A stretch of DNA of 64,000 bases from Spirochaetaceae bacterium (GTDB taxonomy: Bacteria; Spirochaetota; Spirochaetia; DSM-2461). The first letter of the stretch is position 1. Each line of letters opens with the position of its first letter. The DNA is taken from positions 1,024,001 through 1,088,000 of the forward strand of contig OZ245056.1 of assembly GCA_965224705.1 (NCBI GenBank), read 5' to 3'. The notes under the pieces are model-generated. The model was not told where the DNA came from. It worked only from the letters and a program-made list of their open reading frames with translations, and searched no databases. Position numbers and translations under genes: made by a program. Shown here piece after piece: positions 49,813 through 60,551 of the stretch.

Positions 49813-49941
49813 CTTTCTTCTATAAAATTGGCTGGCGACACTTCCTATATTATCCTCATCAAGTATTTGCGTTTTTACTTTAACAGAAGCTATGATAGTG
49901 TGAGATTATCAAATGTTGTGTAATTTAGGAGTATATGATTC

Positions 49942-50649
49942 ATGAACAGGACAGAAAAATACAATGATGAGCTACTTAAAATAGAGCATTATAGTACCCA
50001 TCCTCAAATGATTCCTTTTGTTGGTAAGTATTGGGGAGATTACTGTAAGAAATTGCTTGTTTTAGGGGAAAGTCATTATTTGCCGCTAAGTAGCTCTCTT
50101 GAAATGATAAAAAATTGGTATAAAACTCCATACAAAAGTTTATCTCAGGAAGAGCAAAACTGGACTACAACGGCAAGAATAATTGATGATGAGGGTTATC
50201 CATACGAAGAAGGAGGGAAAATATATCCTGAAAAACCTCATGGTATTTATAAAAATATAGAGACTGCTATACGATCCATAAGCAGTAATGATCTGCAAGT
50301 TGAGGAGAACATGCTTCGTTATATTGCGTTTATGAATTTTTTTCAGCGTCCTTCTCAAAAAACTGGAGATAGTATAGACTGTGATTTAGAAGATAGGCAA
50401 AAAGCGAATGATACTTTAAAATCAGTTATTGCTATAATAAAACCTGACTACATCTTCTTTGTAAGTAGTAAATCTTGGGACTACTATGATAAACAATCAT
50501 TTCCAAAGAATAAGACAGGTCACAGTTGTCATCCTACCTGTCACTGGTGGAATAGAGAAAGTTATAAATATACCCGGTTCGGAGACTCACCTGTGACAGG
50601 ACGAGAATCTTTCCTCCAGTTTTTATCAACGAATGAAATTATGAAATAA
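49942..50649 (+). CDS. hypothetical cassette protein, possibly uracil-DNA-glycosylase-like fold
   Basis: PFVG, LLVLGESHY, FMNFFQRP, HP motifs; followed by a truncated attC (GCCTAAC 50684). Confidence 0.55.
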   Translation: MNRTEKYNDELLKIEHYSTHPQMIPFVGKYWGDYCKKLLVLGESHYLPLSSSLEMIKNWYKTPYKSLSQEEQNWTTTARIIDDEGYPYEEGGKIYPEKPHGIYKNIETAIRSISSNDLQVEENMLRYIAFMNFFQRPSQKTGDSIDCDLEDRQKANDTLKSVIAIIKPDYIFFVSSKSWDYYDKQSFPKNKTGHSCHPTCHWWNRESYKYTRFGDSPVTGRESFLQFLSTNEIMK

Positions 50650-50887
50650 AATAAAGGCTTTGAATCCTGAAAATAATTACTTCGCCTAACAGCCGATAAG
50701 TCTCCGTTCGCTACGCTCACTTCGCCCTACGGGGAAATTGCCCTTTGGGGCTGTATCAGTAACACTCTGACAACCGAGCAGACAATGGCCCTCTCAATTG
50801 TTGTTCAAAATCCTCATTATTTTTAACATAAGCCAGAAGAATCGTTCCACTGGCAAATAACCGGCTAATACAAGCCACAAATGGGAT

Positions 50888-51108
50888 GTTGTCACACAAG
50901 TTAAGTCCACTTAGGAGGAGACAACATGCAGCGCTGCAGTGTTCAAGTTAGGAATACTATCATGCAAAAGATGATCGGCCCGGAGAAACGGAAGGCAGCT
51001 GATCTCTCAGAGGAATTCGGGGTTTCTGCAGCCACAATCTATGGGTGGAAATCAAAGCTGAAAGACGCTACCCTTTCAGTTAAGGGAAATGAATCAACCA
51101 GTCATGAG
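50888..51108 (+). pseudogene. IS3-family left end and orfA fragment
   Basis: Near-identical to 57963-58180 and to 62401-62620 (reverse); HTH EEFGVSAATIYGWK. Confidence 0.75.
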
Positions 51109-51139
51109 AGTCTTCCGCTTTGAATAAGTCAAGAACCTA

Positions 51140-54100
51140 TCATTGCCTGACCGGCAGGGGATTGATTTTAACCTTACCGGTCCGGAGATAACGGATGCCA
51201 TGGACAGCCGCGGCGGCGGCACTGGTTGTGGTTGTGTAGGGAATCTTCAGCGACACAGCTTCTGTTCTCATATCCTCGTCTCCAATTCGGCTGAATCGGC
51301 CGCTGGGCGTGTTGATGAGAAGCTGAATCCGGTTGGAGCGCATGTAGTCTACAACATTGGGATGACCTTCATGCACTTTCAATATAACCTCGGCAAATAT
51401 GCCATTTTCCCATAAGTACTGTGCTGTTCCACGGGTGGCACAAATGTTAAAACCAAGTTCTACCAGATCTTTCACTATGGGTAGAATACTATCCCTGTCT
51501 CTCTTGTGCACCGAGACAAATACCCGCCCCTTAATCGGAAGAATGCTGCCCACCGCAGCCTGGGATTTCGCAAAGGCTTCGCCGAAGCTTTCACCAGTGC
51601 CGATAGCTTCTCCTGTGGACATCATCTCCGGTCCCAAAACCGGGTCCAGGCCGGAAAATCGGTCAAACGAGAAAACGGCCTCTTTTATTGCCCAGCCGGT
51701 GAGGCAGTTCCCCTCACCGTAGTTCTCCTTGTTGATCAGTCCCTGCTCAGCCAGAGATTTTCCCTCCCAAACCTTGACTGCAGCGGCAATCAGGTCAACA
51801 CCCGAAACTTTGGAAAGAAATGGAATCGTGCGGGATGCCCGGGGATTCACTTCAATGACATAGAGAATACCATCCTTCACCGCGAATTGGATGTTCAGTA
51901 ATCCGACAATCTCAAACTCCCGGGCAATGCTTTGTGCGGCCTTCCGCATTGCTTCCAAAATATTCGGTGTCGATTTGTACGGCGGAAACACCGTTGCCGA
52001 ATCTCCTGAATGAATGCCCGCTGCTTCGATGTGCTGGAGAATGCCGCCGATGTAAATATTCTTTCCATCCGCAACGGAATCAAGGTCGTATTCAAAGGCA
52101 TCCTCAAGGAATTGATCCACCAGGACCGGACTTTCTGCCGTTACAGGAATATTTCCCGTAATGAATCCCTGGAGATCTTCTTCGCTGTAGGCAATCACCA
52201 TACTGCGTCCTCCCAGAACAAAGGAGGGCCGGAGCAGTACAGGGAAACCAATGTCCTGAGCCAGAGTCACCACTTCCTCCCGGCAGACAGCGATGCGGTT
52301 CTTTGGCTGCCGCAGCCCCAGCCGGATGATGGCTTCGGAGAAGAGCTGCCGGTTTTCGGTCCGGCGGATTTGCTGGACGCTGGTACCGATAATGCAGGCA
52401 CCGGTCGCCGCAAGTTCTTCTGCCATATTCAGCGATGTCTGTCCTCCTAATTGTACGGCGACATGCCGTGCCTTCTCCTTGCTGAGAACATCCAGGACAT
52501 GCTCGCTGGTGAGCGGCTCCATGTAGAGTCGATCCGATGTGTTGTAATCAGTGGAGACGGTCTCTGGATTGCTGTTGATCATCACTGTCTTTCGGCCCAT
52601 TTTTTGCCATGTCATGGATGCCAATGTGCAGCATGTATCGAATTCCAGTCCTTGCCCAATCCGATTCGGCCCCGAAGAGATAATGACGACACTGTCTTCT
52701 CCGAGAGCCTCTCCCTCGTCTTTTTCTCCCCAGGTAGAATAGAAATACGGCGTTGCCGCCTCAAACTCTCCCGCGCAGGTGTCCACTAGGTGGTAGCAGG
52801 GCATTAAGCCGTTTGTTTTGCGCAGGGATTGCAAGGCATGGACGCTTGTTCCGGTTAGTGAAGCTATGCGCTTATCCGATAGTCCCATACGCTTCGCATC
52901 CAGATAATCTCTTGTGCCGAGTTTTTTACCGGCCTTGGACAGGAATGCTTCCAAGTCCACCTGGATAAGTAATTGACTGAGAAACCAGATGTCAAAGCCG
53001 GATTTTTTGGACACAGGCAGCAGGGCCTTTTCCCCCTTCCTTTTAAGCACTGTGAATGCGGCCTGCAGTCGGCGGGGATGGGCGTTCTGGAGAATCATCT
53101 CCTCTTCATTCCGGCTGACTTTCAATTCTTCCATGCCGTCGACTCCGAACTCCGAGGCTCGTAAAGCCTTGTTGAGCGCTTCAAGGGCCGTCCGTCCCAG
53201 AGCCAGGGATTCACCAACGGATTTCATCTGACTTCCCAGCGCGCTATAAGCGGTGGGAAACTTCTCCATTTCAAATCGAGGAACTTTGACCGCGCAGTAG
53301 TCCAGTGTCGGCTCGAAGGCTAATGCGGTCTTGCCCGTGATTTCATTGAGTATCTCATCTAATGTGTAGCCTACAGCCAACTTAGCTGACCCCCGTGCAA
53401 TGGGGAATCCCGTGGCCTTGGATGCCAATGCGGACGAACGGGACACGCGGGGATTCATTTCAATGACGACCATTCTATTTGTTCCGGGTTGAACGGCGAA
53501 CTGTACATTGGAGCCGCCGCAGTCTACCCCGACCGCCCGAAGTATCCTGATGGCCGCGCTGCGCATCTTCTGATACTCACGATCCGAAAGGGTTTGGGCT
53601 GGAGCGATGGTGATGGAATCACCCGTATGAATACCCATGGGGTCAATATTTTCTATGGAACAGACGATTACCGCATTATCCATCCGATCCCGCATGACTT
53701 CGAGTTCAAACTCCTTCCAGCCTATAAGAGATTCCTCCACCAGCGCCTCGCCCGTTGGGCTTTCCCGAAGGGCTCGTTCCACCATAGATGCCAATTCTTC
53801 TTCATGATAGGCAATGGCACCGCCCATTCCGCCCAGGGTAAAACTGGGACGGATAATCAATGGAAATCCAATGTCCCGGGCCATGGCCCAGGCTGTTGAG
53901 ACATTGCGGCAAATGGCTGAGCGGGGTGATTCCAATCCCAGGGATTCGATCAGTTTCTTGAAGCTATGCCTATCCTCTGCTTTGCGGATAGACTCAACAG
54001 AGGCACCGATTATCTCAACATTGTATCGATCCAGAATCCCAAGCTCTGAGAGTTCCAGTGTGAGGTTCAATGCCGTCTGCCCTCCCATGGTAGAGAGAAC

Positions 54101-54355
54101 CGCATTCGGCCTTTCACGCTGAATGACGGCTTCAACATACTCGGGCCGCAAGGGTTCGACATAGACACTTCGAGCGGTTCCGGGTGTTGTCATCATCGTC
54201 GCGGGGTTGGGATTGAGCAGCACAACCCGATGTCCATCTTCCTCCAAAGCCCGGACGGCCTGGACACCGGAATAGTCGAATTCACAGGCCTGTCCTATAA
54301 TAATAGGCCCCGATCCGATGATTAAGATGGTTTCAAGATCCTTTCTTGCCGGCAT
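51140..54355 (-). CDS. carB: carbamoyl-phosphate synthase large subunit
   Basis: GSGPIIIGQACEFDYSG, HTGDS, EMNPRVSRSSALASKATG, MGS-like C-terminus. Confidence 0.98.
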   Translation of the reverse strand: MPARKDLETILIIGSGPIIIGQACEFDYSGVQAVRALEEDGHRVVLLNPNPATMMTTPGTARSVYVEPLRPEYVEAVIQRERPNAVLSTMGGQTALNLTLELSELGILDRYNVEIIGASVESIRKAEDRHSFKKLIESLGLESPRSAICRNVSTAWAMARDIGFPLIIRPSFTLGGMGGAIAYHEEELASMVERALRESPTGEALVEESLIGWKEFELEVMRDRMDNAVIVCSIENIDPMGIHTGDSITIAPAQTLSDREYQKMRSAAIRILRAVGVDCGGSNVQFAVQPGTNRMVVIEMNPRVSRSSALASKATGFPIARGSAKLAVGYTLDEILNEITGKTALAFEPTLDYCAVKVPRFEMEKFPTAYSALGSQMKSVGESLALGRTALEALNKALRASEFGVDGMEELKVSRNEEEMILQNAHPRRLQAAFTVLKRKGEKALLPVSKKSGFDIWFLSQLLIQVDLEAFLSKAGKKLGTRDYLDAKRMGLSDKRIASLTGTSVHALQSLRKTNGLMPCYHLVDTCAGEFEAATPYFYSTWGEKDEGEALGEDSVVIISSGPNRIGQGLEFDTCCTLASMTWQKMGRKTVMINSNPETVSTDYNTSDRLYMEPLTSEHVLDVLSKEKARHVAVQLGGQTSLNMAEELAATGACIIGTSVQQIRRTENRQLFSEAIIRLGLRQPKNRIAVCREEVVTLAQDIGFPVLLRPSFVLGGRSMVIAYSEEDLQGFITGNIPVTAESPVLVDQFLEDAFEYDLDSVADGKNIYIGGILQHIEAAGIHSGDSATVFPPYKSTPNILEAMRKAAQSIAREFEIVGLLNIQFAVKDGILYVIEVNPRASRTIPFLSKVSGVDLIAAAVKVWEGKSLAEQGLINKENYGEGNCLTGWAIKEAVFSFDRFSGLDPVLGPEMMSTGEAIGTGESFGEAFAKSQAAVGSILPIKGRVFVSVHKRDRDSILPIVKDLVELGFNICATRGTAQYLWENGIFAEVILKVHEGHPNVVDYMRSNRIQLLINTPSGRFSRIGDEDMRTEAVSLKIPYTTTTSAAAAAVHGIRYLRTGKVKINPLPVRQ

Positions 54356-54360
54356 GATTA

Positions 54361-55521
54361 TTAGTCCAGAGTCTCCATGAAGGAATCGAATACCCAGGAC
54401 GAGTCGGATGGTCCTGGTTTCGCCTCGGGATGATGCTGGATGCTTATCAGGCGAAGTTCCTGATTCTCAAAGCCCTCGACACTCCCATCGTTGGCGTTGC
54501 GGAAGCGCACTGTAAATCCTTCCGGCAAGCTGTCTTCATTCACCGCGAATCCGTGATTCTGGCTTGTAACAAAAACCCGGTTGGTTTTTTCATCCCGCAC
54601 CGGATGGTTCAGACCGTGATGCCCAAAGCGCATCTTGTAGGTACTTCCCCCCACTGCTTTGGCGAGGATTTGGTGTCCCAGACAGATGCCCCAAAGGGGT
54701 AAGTCTCCCATAAGATTCTTTGCAAGATTCACCTGGGATTCCAGGGGGCTGGGGTCGCCCGGACCATTGGAAAAGAGTAGGGCATCGGATTTTACCGCCC
54801 GGACACTGGCGGCATCGCTGTCGGCGGGCAAAATTGTCACTCGGCATCCTCGATCAACAAGTTCCTCTATGATGCCCCTTTTAACGCCGCAATCCAGTAA
54901 TACCACATGAGGCGAGCCTTCCGGGTTGACTGTTTCAGTTTTCAGCGTTCCCGCTTCACCGATCAGATTAAGTCCGTTCATATCCGGTATCCTTTCCAGA
55001 TATTTCAAGGCTGCCTGCAGTTCAGTTTTGGTCGGGCCGTCTGTGGAAGAGGATGCAAGGATCATACCGTTCTGACTCCCCGTCTTTCGAATCTTGAGGG
55101 TAAGACCGCGGGTATCCACTTCGCTGATTCCACAGACTCCATGCTGTGCCAGAAATTCCCCAATTCCGATTCGCCCATCAGGCGTGGGGCCGTGGTAGAC
55201 GGAGCGAAGCACCAGCCCGGAGGCTTTGATGCCCCTTGCCTGGAGACGGCCTGATTCCGGTCCAATTTCCGACCAGTCATCCGTGCACCCGACATTCCCG
55301 ATGTGAGGATAGGTCATCATAACAATCTGACCGGTATAAGATGGGTCTGTCAGAATTTCATGATAACCAGTCATACCGGTGTTGAAAATGACTTCCCCTG
55401 CGCAGGCCGCGGTACCTGGAGCAGCTGATAGATCGGCTGCCGTCGGCGGCGGGCAGCCAAACGAATATCCAGGCCAATAATCAGCATCTTCAAGTACGAG
55501 ATATGCGTTGGGATTCATCAA
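54361..55521 (-). CDS. carA: carbamoyl-phosphate synthase small subunit
   Basis: GEVIFNTGMTGY, SNGPGDP, GICLGHQ, QHHPEA. Confidence 0.97.
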   Translation of the reverse strand: MMNPNAYLVLEDADYWPGYSFGCPPPTAADLSAAPGTAACAGEVIFNTGMTGYHEILTDPSYTGQIVMMTYPHIGNVGCTDDWSEIGPESGRLQARGIKASGLVLRSVYHGPTPDGRIGIGEFLAQHGVCGISEVDTRGLTLKIRKTGSQNGMILASSSTDGPTKTELQAALKYLERIPDMNGLNLIGEAGTLKTETVNPEGSPHVVLLDCGVKRGIIEELVDRGCRVTILPADSDAASVRAVKSDALLFSNGPGDPSPLESQVNLAKNLMGDLPLWGICLGHQILAKAVGGSTYKMRFGHHGLNHPVRDEKTNRVFVTSQNHGFAVNEDSLPEGFTVRFRNANDGSVEGFENQELRLISIQHHPEAKPGPSDSSWVFDSFMETLD

Positions 55522-55969
55522 CGGAGGTTTTACAGGCTGAACGGTATTCTGTCAACTATGAGTCTCCTATGATAACGAACAGGAATGCATTATCGATTGG
55601 CCGGAAGCGGGATATTTCCAGACTGATGAAATCGGTTATCGCCTGATTTTTCGTAATAGTACTTGAAAGGGGTCTTTGCTGCCAATATCGTCCGACTGAA
55701 AAAAAGCAGGGAAGATGATTTTAGCACCTGAACCAGCAGGATCTAAGCGGCGAGAAACATGTCTATATCAGGGTGGAAAGCTTGTTGGGGAACGGCTGTC
55801 ATCTTCGGAACCCGTTAATATCATAAGTGCAAATACAAGAAAGAATTATGGAATTACGGAGATGTATTGACTCTTATGGTGGAAGGTGATATTATGTGAA
55901 GAAGAGATAGTTCATGCAAGACGACTATGGTTAATTTCTGATCTTGAACAAGAACAATGAGGCGAATAC

Positions 55970-56413
55970 ATGTTTGAGAATTTTTGGTGGGTCTTTGTAG
56001 TTGTTGGAATAGTGCTAATAATTTTTGAGATTTTTACACCTGGATTTGTAATAATGTGGTTTGGTATAGCTGCACTTGTAACAGCAATACCAGCATATTT
56101 GAATGCGCCAACATGGAGTATTGTTTTAACCTATGCCGTTTCTCTTTTTGTTTTGACAATATATGGGAGAAGAATTACTCTTAAATTATTTTCAAAATCA
56201 AGTTCAAATCTGAAAACGAATTCTAATAGCATTATTGGTAAGAAGGGATTTGTTGTAGAAGATATTGATGAGATGAATTCCTCTGGCAGAGTAAGGGTTG
56301 ATAATGAGCTCTGGACAGCAGTATCTATGAAAAATGAAATCATAAAAAAAGATACCAGAATAATAGTGAAAGAAATTAATGGTGTAAAATTAGTAGTAGA
56401 AAAGGAGTCATAA
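55970..56413 (+). CDS. NfeD-family membrane protein
   Basis: EIFTPGF, GRVRVDNELW, OB-fold-type tail; adjacent to SPFH gene. Confidence 0.9.
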   Translation: MFENFWWVFVVVGIVLIIFEIFTPGFVIMWFGIAALVTAIPAYLNAPTWSIVLTYAVSLFVLTIYGRRITLKLFSKSSSNLKTNSNSIIGKKGFVVEDIDEMNSSGRVRVDNELWTAVSMKNEIIKKDTRIIVKEINGVKLVVEKES

Positions 56414-57436
56414 ATGAGTGTAAGTTTGATAATTGTTTTAAGTGTTACATTTCTTGTTGTTGCTGTATCTTTGACTGGGGTTAAACAGGTCCCTCAAGGT
56501 TTTGCCGTGATAATTGAGAGATTGGGTAAGTATCATAGAACCTTGGATTCTGGATTAAGCTTTACAATTCCCTTTTTGGATAGAATGAGAATTGTAAGAT
56601 CTGTTAATTTGAACCCTGAAAACTTAAAGCCAGTATATCTGGATTTAAGAGAGCAGGTGTACGATATCCCATCACAAAGTGTAATAACTCAAGATAGTAT
56701 AAATCTAACTGTTGATACTTTAATCTTTTATCAAATTATTGAGCCGTATAAAGCATGCTATGAAATTAAAGAATTAGTCCTTGCCATTCGAGAGTTATCA
56801 AAAACAACAATGAGAAATATATTTGGTGAATTGGATTTGGATGCTAGCTTGTCAGCAAGGGAATCAATAAATTCAAAACTACGGGGCATACTGGATGAAG
56901 CCACAGATAAATGGGGTACTAAAATTCTGAGAGTGGAAATACAAAATATAATTCCACCATCTGGTTTGAAAGATGATATGGAACGTCAAATGAAGGCTGA
57001 GCGCGCAAGACGGCAGGACATTACAATTGCAGAAGGAAAGAAGCAGGCTGCAATTTTAGAGGCTGAAGGTAGAAAGCAGCATGATATATTGACAGCACAA
57101 GGGGAAGCTGAGGCTAAGGTCTTGAGAGCTGAAGCAAACAAAAAGGAAAAAGTTCTTATCGCGGAGGGTGAGGCAGCGGAAATAAAACTCGTTCAAGAAG
57201 CAAATGCAACTGGTTGGGAAGAAATAAGGAAAGTTTTTAGTTCTGACAAGGGAGTAGATAATTTAGTTATATTGGAAATATTAAAATCCCAAAATGAAAT
57301 CGCAAAATCACTGTCTGTTGGAGATAGCCAAAAGATTTATTTGCCTAATGATGTAGCTGGTTTCTTCGGTGCTATTGGAGGAATGAAGGAATTACTGGCT
57401 GCAAAAGATAGAATAAAAAGTGATTCAAATAACTAA
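56414..57436 (+). CDS. SPFH/band 7 (stomatin-like) protein
   Basis: IERLGKY, QSVITQD, WGTKILRVE, QMKAER. Confidence 0.92.
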   Translation: MSVSLIIVLSVTFLVVAVSLTGVKQVPQGFAVIIERLGKYHRTLDSGLSFTIPFLDRMRIVRSVNLNPENLKPVYLDLREQVYDIPSQSVITQDSINLTVDTLIFYQIIEPYKACYEIKELVLAIRELSKTTMRNIFGELDLDASLSARESINSKLRGILDEATDKWGTKILRVEIQNIIPPSGLKDDMERQMKAERARRQDITIAEGKKQAAILEAEGRKQHDILTAQGEAEAKVLRAEANKKEKVLIAEGEAAEIKLVQEANATGWEEIRKVFSSDKGVDNLVILEILKSQNEIAKSLSVGDSQKIYLPNDVAGFFGAIGGMKELLAAKDRIKSDSNN

Positions 57437-57747
57437 AACTCAGCAGAGTCATCGAATAGTTGCCTTTTCAACCTATGGCCTGTGAAGGCGCAATTCATGG
57501 CAGCCGTTATGTGCCAAAAAAAGCAAAGAATAAAATTATTGCTTTGCCCGGCATGGACGGCAGGCGGCTACTTGATTGTACCGGCTATACATATTTGGCG
57601 CTGGGCATTTTCATTCATGCCTTGTCTTCTATAGGCCAAGCAGTTAAACCGCCTGAAATCTTCGGACTCTTCCAAGCGGACTTTCCACGCATTGCATCGC
57701 TCTTTTCCAGAAGCAACTATTTTTTTCACCATTAATAGTTTTGGATA

Positions 57748-57945
57748 GAGATATTGTCAAATGTTGTGGATGAAAAAAGTGCGAAATCCTCCAATTTATG
57801 CAGCTTTCCCAATGAAATTTCCATCTTTACAAAAAACTCCCTGAATAACTTTCGGGATCAGCTTGTAACCCTTCATCTTCTTCCAGGTCTTCTCCGCCTC
57901 ACAACATAGCTTCCAAGCCATCGTGAGAGTCGCAATTCTACTCCC
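57748..57945 (-). pseudogene. IS256-family transposase C-terminus and terminal repeat
   Basis: Reverse translation SRIATLTMAWKLCCEAEKTWKKMKGYKLIPKVIQGV. Confidence 0.6.
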
Positions 57946-57950
57946 CGCGC

Positions 57951-58525
57951 TGTGCCAAAGTAGTTGTCACACAAGTTAAGTCAACGTAGGAGGTGACAAT
58001 ATGCAGCGGTACAGTGTTCAATTCAGGAATACTATCTTGAAAAAGATGATCGGCCCGGAGAAACGGAAGGCAGCTGATCTCGCAGAGGAATTCGGGGTTT
58101 CTGCCGCCACAATCTATGGGTGGAAATCAAAGCTCAAAGACGGTACCCTTTCAGTTATGGAAAATGAATCAACCAGTCATGAGAGAAGACCGTCGGAGAA
58201 GCTCATGCTTCTACTCGAGTCAAAGAATATTTGTGAAGCAGAAATGGGTGAATGGCTTCGCCGAAATGGTCTGCATTCTGAGCATCCTGGGCTATGGGAA
58301 CAAGAACTCCGGGCCCTTGTTGATCAGAAAGGTGGGGATAAGTCCCGGGAGATGAAGGAGATTCGCAAGGAACTGAAAAAGAGGGATAAAGAGCTTAACC
58401 GTAAGGACAAGGCTCTTGCAGAGATGTCGACAATCATAGCACTTCAAAAAAAAACATCTCTTCTGTTTCAGGAAGGACGAGTGACTCATCGTAGTGTGAA
58501 GAAACAGATTGTTTCTGATATAAAG
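57951..58525 (+). mobile_element. truncated IS3-family element (orfA from 58001)
   Basis: HTH, WLRRNGLHSEH, ELNRKDKALAE, A9 frameshift motif; cut by the MITE end at 58526. Confidence 0.75.
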
Positions 58526-58564
58526 GAGTCTGTCGGACTTACGCCTCACGGCTCGATTTTTGCC

Positions 58565-58706
58565 GGTTAACCAGCATCGACCGTTTACGTATAACACTCT
58601 ACCACAGCCGCTAGAATCTGCAAGATCTATGACAGAGGCGAATGTGCCCGAAGGGCCGGAGGCAATAACGCAAGTTATCGCCGGAGCGCATCAACAGCTG
58701 TTAGAT
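58565..58706 (-). other. truncated attC site
   Basis: Minus strand GTCATTTCATCTAAC complements the cassette start GTTAAATGAAATGAC. Confidence 0.7.
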
Positions 58707-58751
58707 GAAATGACAGCCGAAGAACCGTTCCCTAAGAAATCAATTGGAGAA

Positions 58752-59228
58752 CTAGGGAATCCCCAGCTCCAACATCTTCTTATGAATACCCCCGAGAACA
58801 TTGTTTTTTCGTTGCATGGTGTTGCTTTCATCGTTCCCGGAGTAAATGTCGGATATCGAGTCTAAGTATTTCGTGGATTGTATGAGTATCTCATCAATAC
58901 TAATAATCTGCCCGACTTTAAATCCCATGCATCGCATGATCCTGGTATCGATATGATTGTTGAATTCTTCTTTCCCATTGAAGTCCACTCGGTGTTGAAT
59001 TGTGTCAACGCATTTACCGAACTTCAACATTTTGCAGTTCCTACAGATATCATCCGACTTAACGACTAGCCTGATCTTAGATACTCTATTTTCGTATATC
59101 AGATTCCCTACGTTGTGATAGGAATGCCCATATGGGTGTTCGACCAAGTCTTTTCCTATTCCGTAATCACGAATTATGTCGAAAAAGTGATGTATTCTCA
59201 GTTCAACCATTTCACGGCCTTGTAGCAT
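58752..59228 (-). CDS. DUF1284-like cassette protein
   Basis: LRIHH, DDICRNC motifs. Confidence 0.6.
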   Translation of the reverse strand: MLQGREMVELRIHHFFDIIRDYGIGKDLVEHPYGHSYHNVGNLIYENRVSKIRLVVKSDDICRNCKMLKFGKCVDTIQHRVDFNGKEEFNNHIDTRIMRCMGFKVGQIISIDEILIQSTKYLDSISDIYSGNDESNTMQRKNNVLGGIHKKMLELGIP

Positions 59229-59276
59229 TCGTTCTTCTGAACATCTTCTAGACTTTCATAATAACATCGTCATTTC

Positions 59277-59480
59277 ATTTAACGGCCCGCTGTTATCTGA
59301 CGTTTGCCGCCCCGAAGGGCTGGCCCAGATTTTGCCAATTATCCAGTAACAACTGTTCTCTGAACAAGACTCTACCACGACGAAACCAATTCTGCAAATC
59401 TGTGACAGAGGCAAATGCGGCCGAAGGTCCGGAGGCCGACGACGAAGTTGGCGGCCGGAGCAGATCAACAGCTGTTAAAT
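59277..59480 (-). other. long attC site (~204 bp)
   Basis: Minus strand ATTTAAC AGCTGTTGATCTG...CAGATAACAGC...GTTAAAT. Confidence 0.75.
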
Positions 59481-59519
59481 GAAAAAGACGTTGTGAATGC
59501 TATTTGACTGAGCAGGGAC

Positions 59520-60425
59520 CTACAAGAGCTTTTCGACAGCAGAAATTCGATCTTCAACATAAGCCTGGTCAATCGAATCGGGGAAATCTCGAAGGCGAAG
59601 GAACAAGCGCAGGGCTCGTTCATAGTTTGCGGACGCCATCTCAGCCATCGCCAAATTATTGATTATTATGTAGTCATTTGGCTCAAGTTCATATGCTAAG
59701 GATAGATAATGTGCCGCCTGGGCATGATTGTCGATCGCGGAATAGTAGTAGGCAATGATGTTGTATCCAAAAACATTCTGTGGATAGAGTTCAATCTGCA
59801 GTTTTGAAGTTTCATACAAGGCAGAAAGGCTTTCGGGAGATGAGACTCGTAACCATGCGGAGTAGTAGTCCTGTATTACACTGAGAAAAAATTCTTGAGT
59901 ACCAGGCGTTGGTTGATTTCGAGACCATAGCCATTTATTGTTGTTTGTCAACGAATACCTCAATGCACTCTTTAGTACCAGCGATTGGTTTTCGTACTCA
60001 CCGATTTGCTGCAAGGTGTGTATTAACCCGAATCTCATGTCCAGACGATCCGGAAATTTCTTGATTCCGTTCTGGATTACGTCGATTGCAGAGTTTTTAT
60101 TTCTCTCTTCATAAGTTATGCGGTCGTACATGTAGCCGACGACCTCATCATCTCCGTCCTTTGTGAGCTCCATATAACGCCCGTCAGGAGGCGGGTACCG
60201 ATACGTTCCAGTAACGGTGTCACGACCGAGTGCCAGGTAGTAATTGAAATACCCCACATAGACTTCGGGATCATCTGGATACTTCGAAATCCATTGATCC
60301 AAATGGGCTTTCATTTCGTCGAGATTTCCATCTTTATAAAGGCTATCGAAAGTATCTTTGTTGTCTGCAAATGAAACTGATGCGATGGTTATGACAAGTA
60401 CGAATACAAGATATCTTATTCTCAT
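59520..60425 (-). CDS. secreted TPR-like cassette protein
   Basis: Signal peptide; FPDRLDMRFG; C-terminal TPR-like helices. Confidence 0.7.
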   Translation of the reverse strand: MRIRYLVFVLVITIASVSFADNKDTFDSLYKDGNLDEMKAHLDQWISKYPDDPEVYVGYFNYYLALGRDTVTGTYRYPPPDGRYMELTKDGDDEVVGYMYDRITYEERNKNSAIDVIQNGIKKFPDRLDMRFGLIHTLQQIGEYENQSLVLKSALRYSLTNNNKWLWSRNQPTPGTQEFFLSVIQDYYSAWLRVSSPESLSALYETSKLQIELYPQNVFGYNIIAYYYSAIDNHAQAAHYLSLAYELEPNDYIIINNLAMAEMASANYERALRLFLRLRDFPDSIDQAYVEDRISAVEKLL

Positions 60426-60444
60426 TCGAAGAATTCCCTTTTTC

Positions 60445-60535
60445 ATTAAACGTTCCGACAATATGTGAAGTCTAGCACGAAGTGGTAGACTTGGCGAAGC
60501 CCGAAGCGAAGCGGAGCATATATTGTCTGTTATAG
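60445..60535 (-). other. attC site
   Basis: Minus strand CTATAAC AGACAATATATG...CATATTGTC...GTTTAAT. Confidence 0.8.
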
Positions 60536-60551
60536 GATGTATTTGGAGTGG

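Noticed and set aside
50749..50887. Possible additional IS end truncating the attC after 50690
   Set aside because: No partner repeat or recognisable transposase motif to support a call
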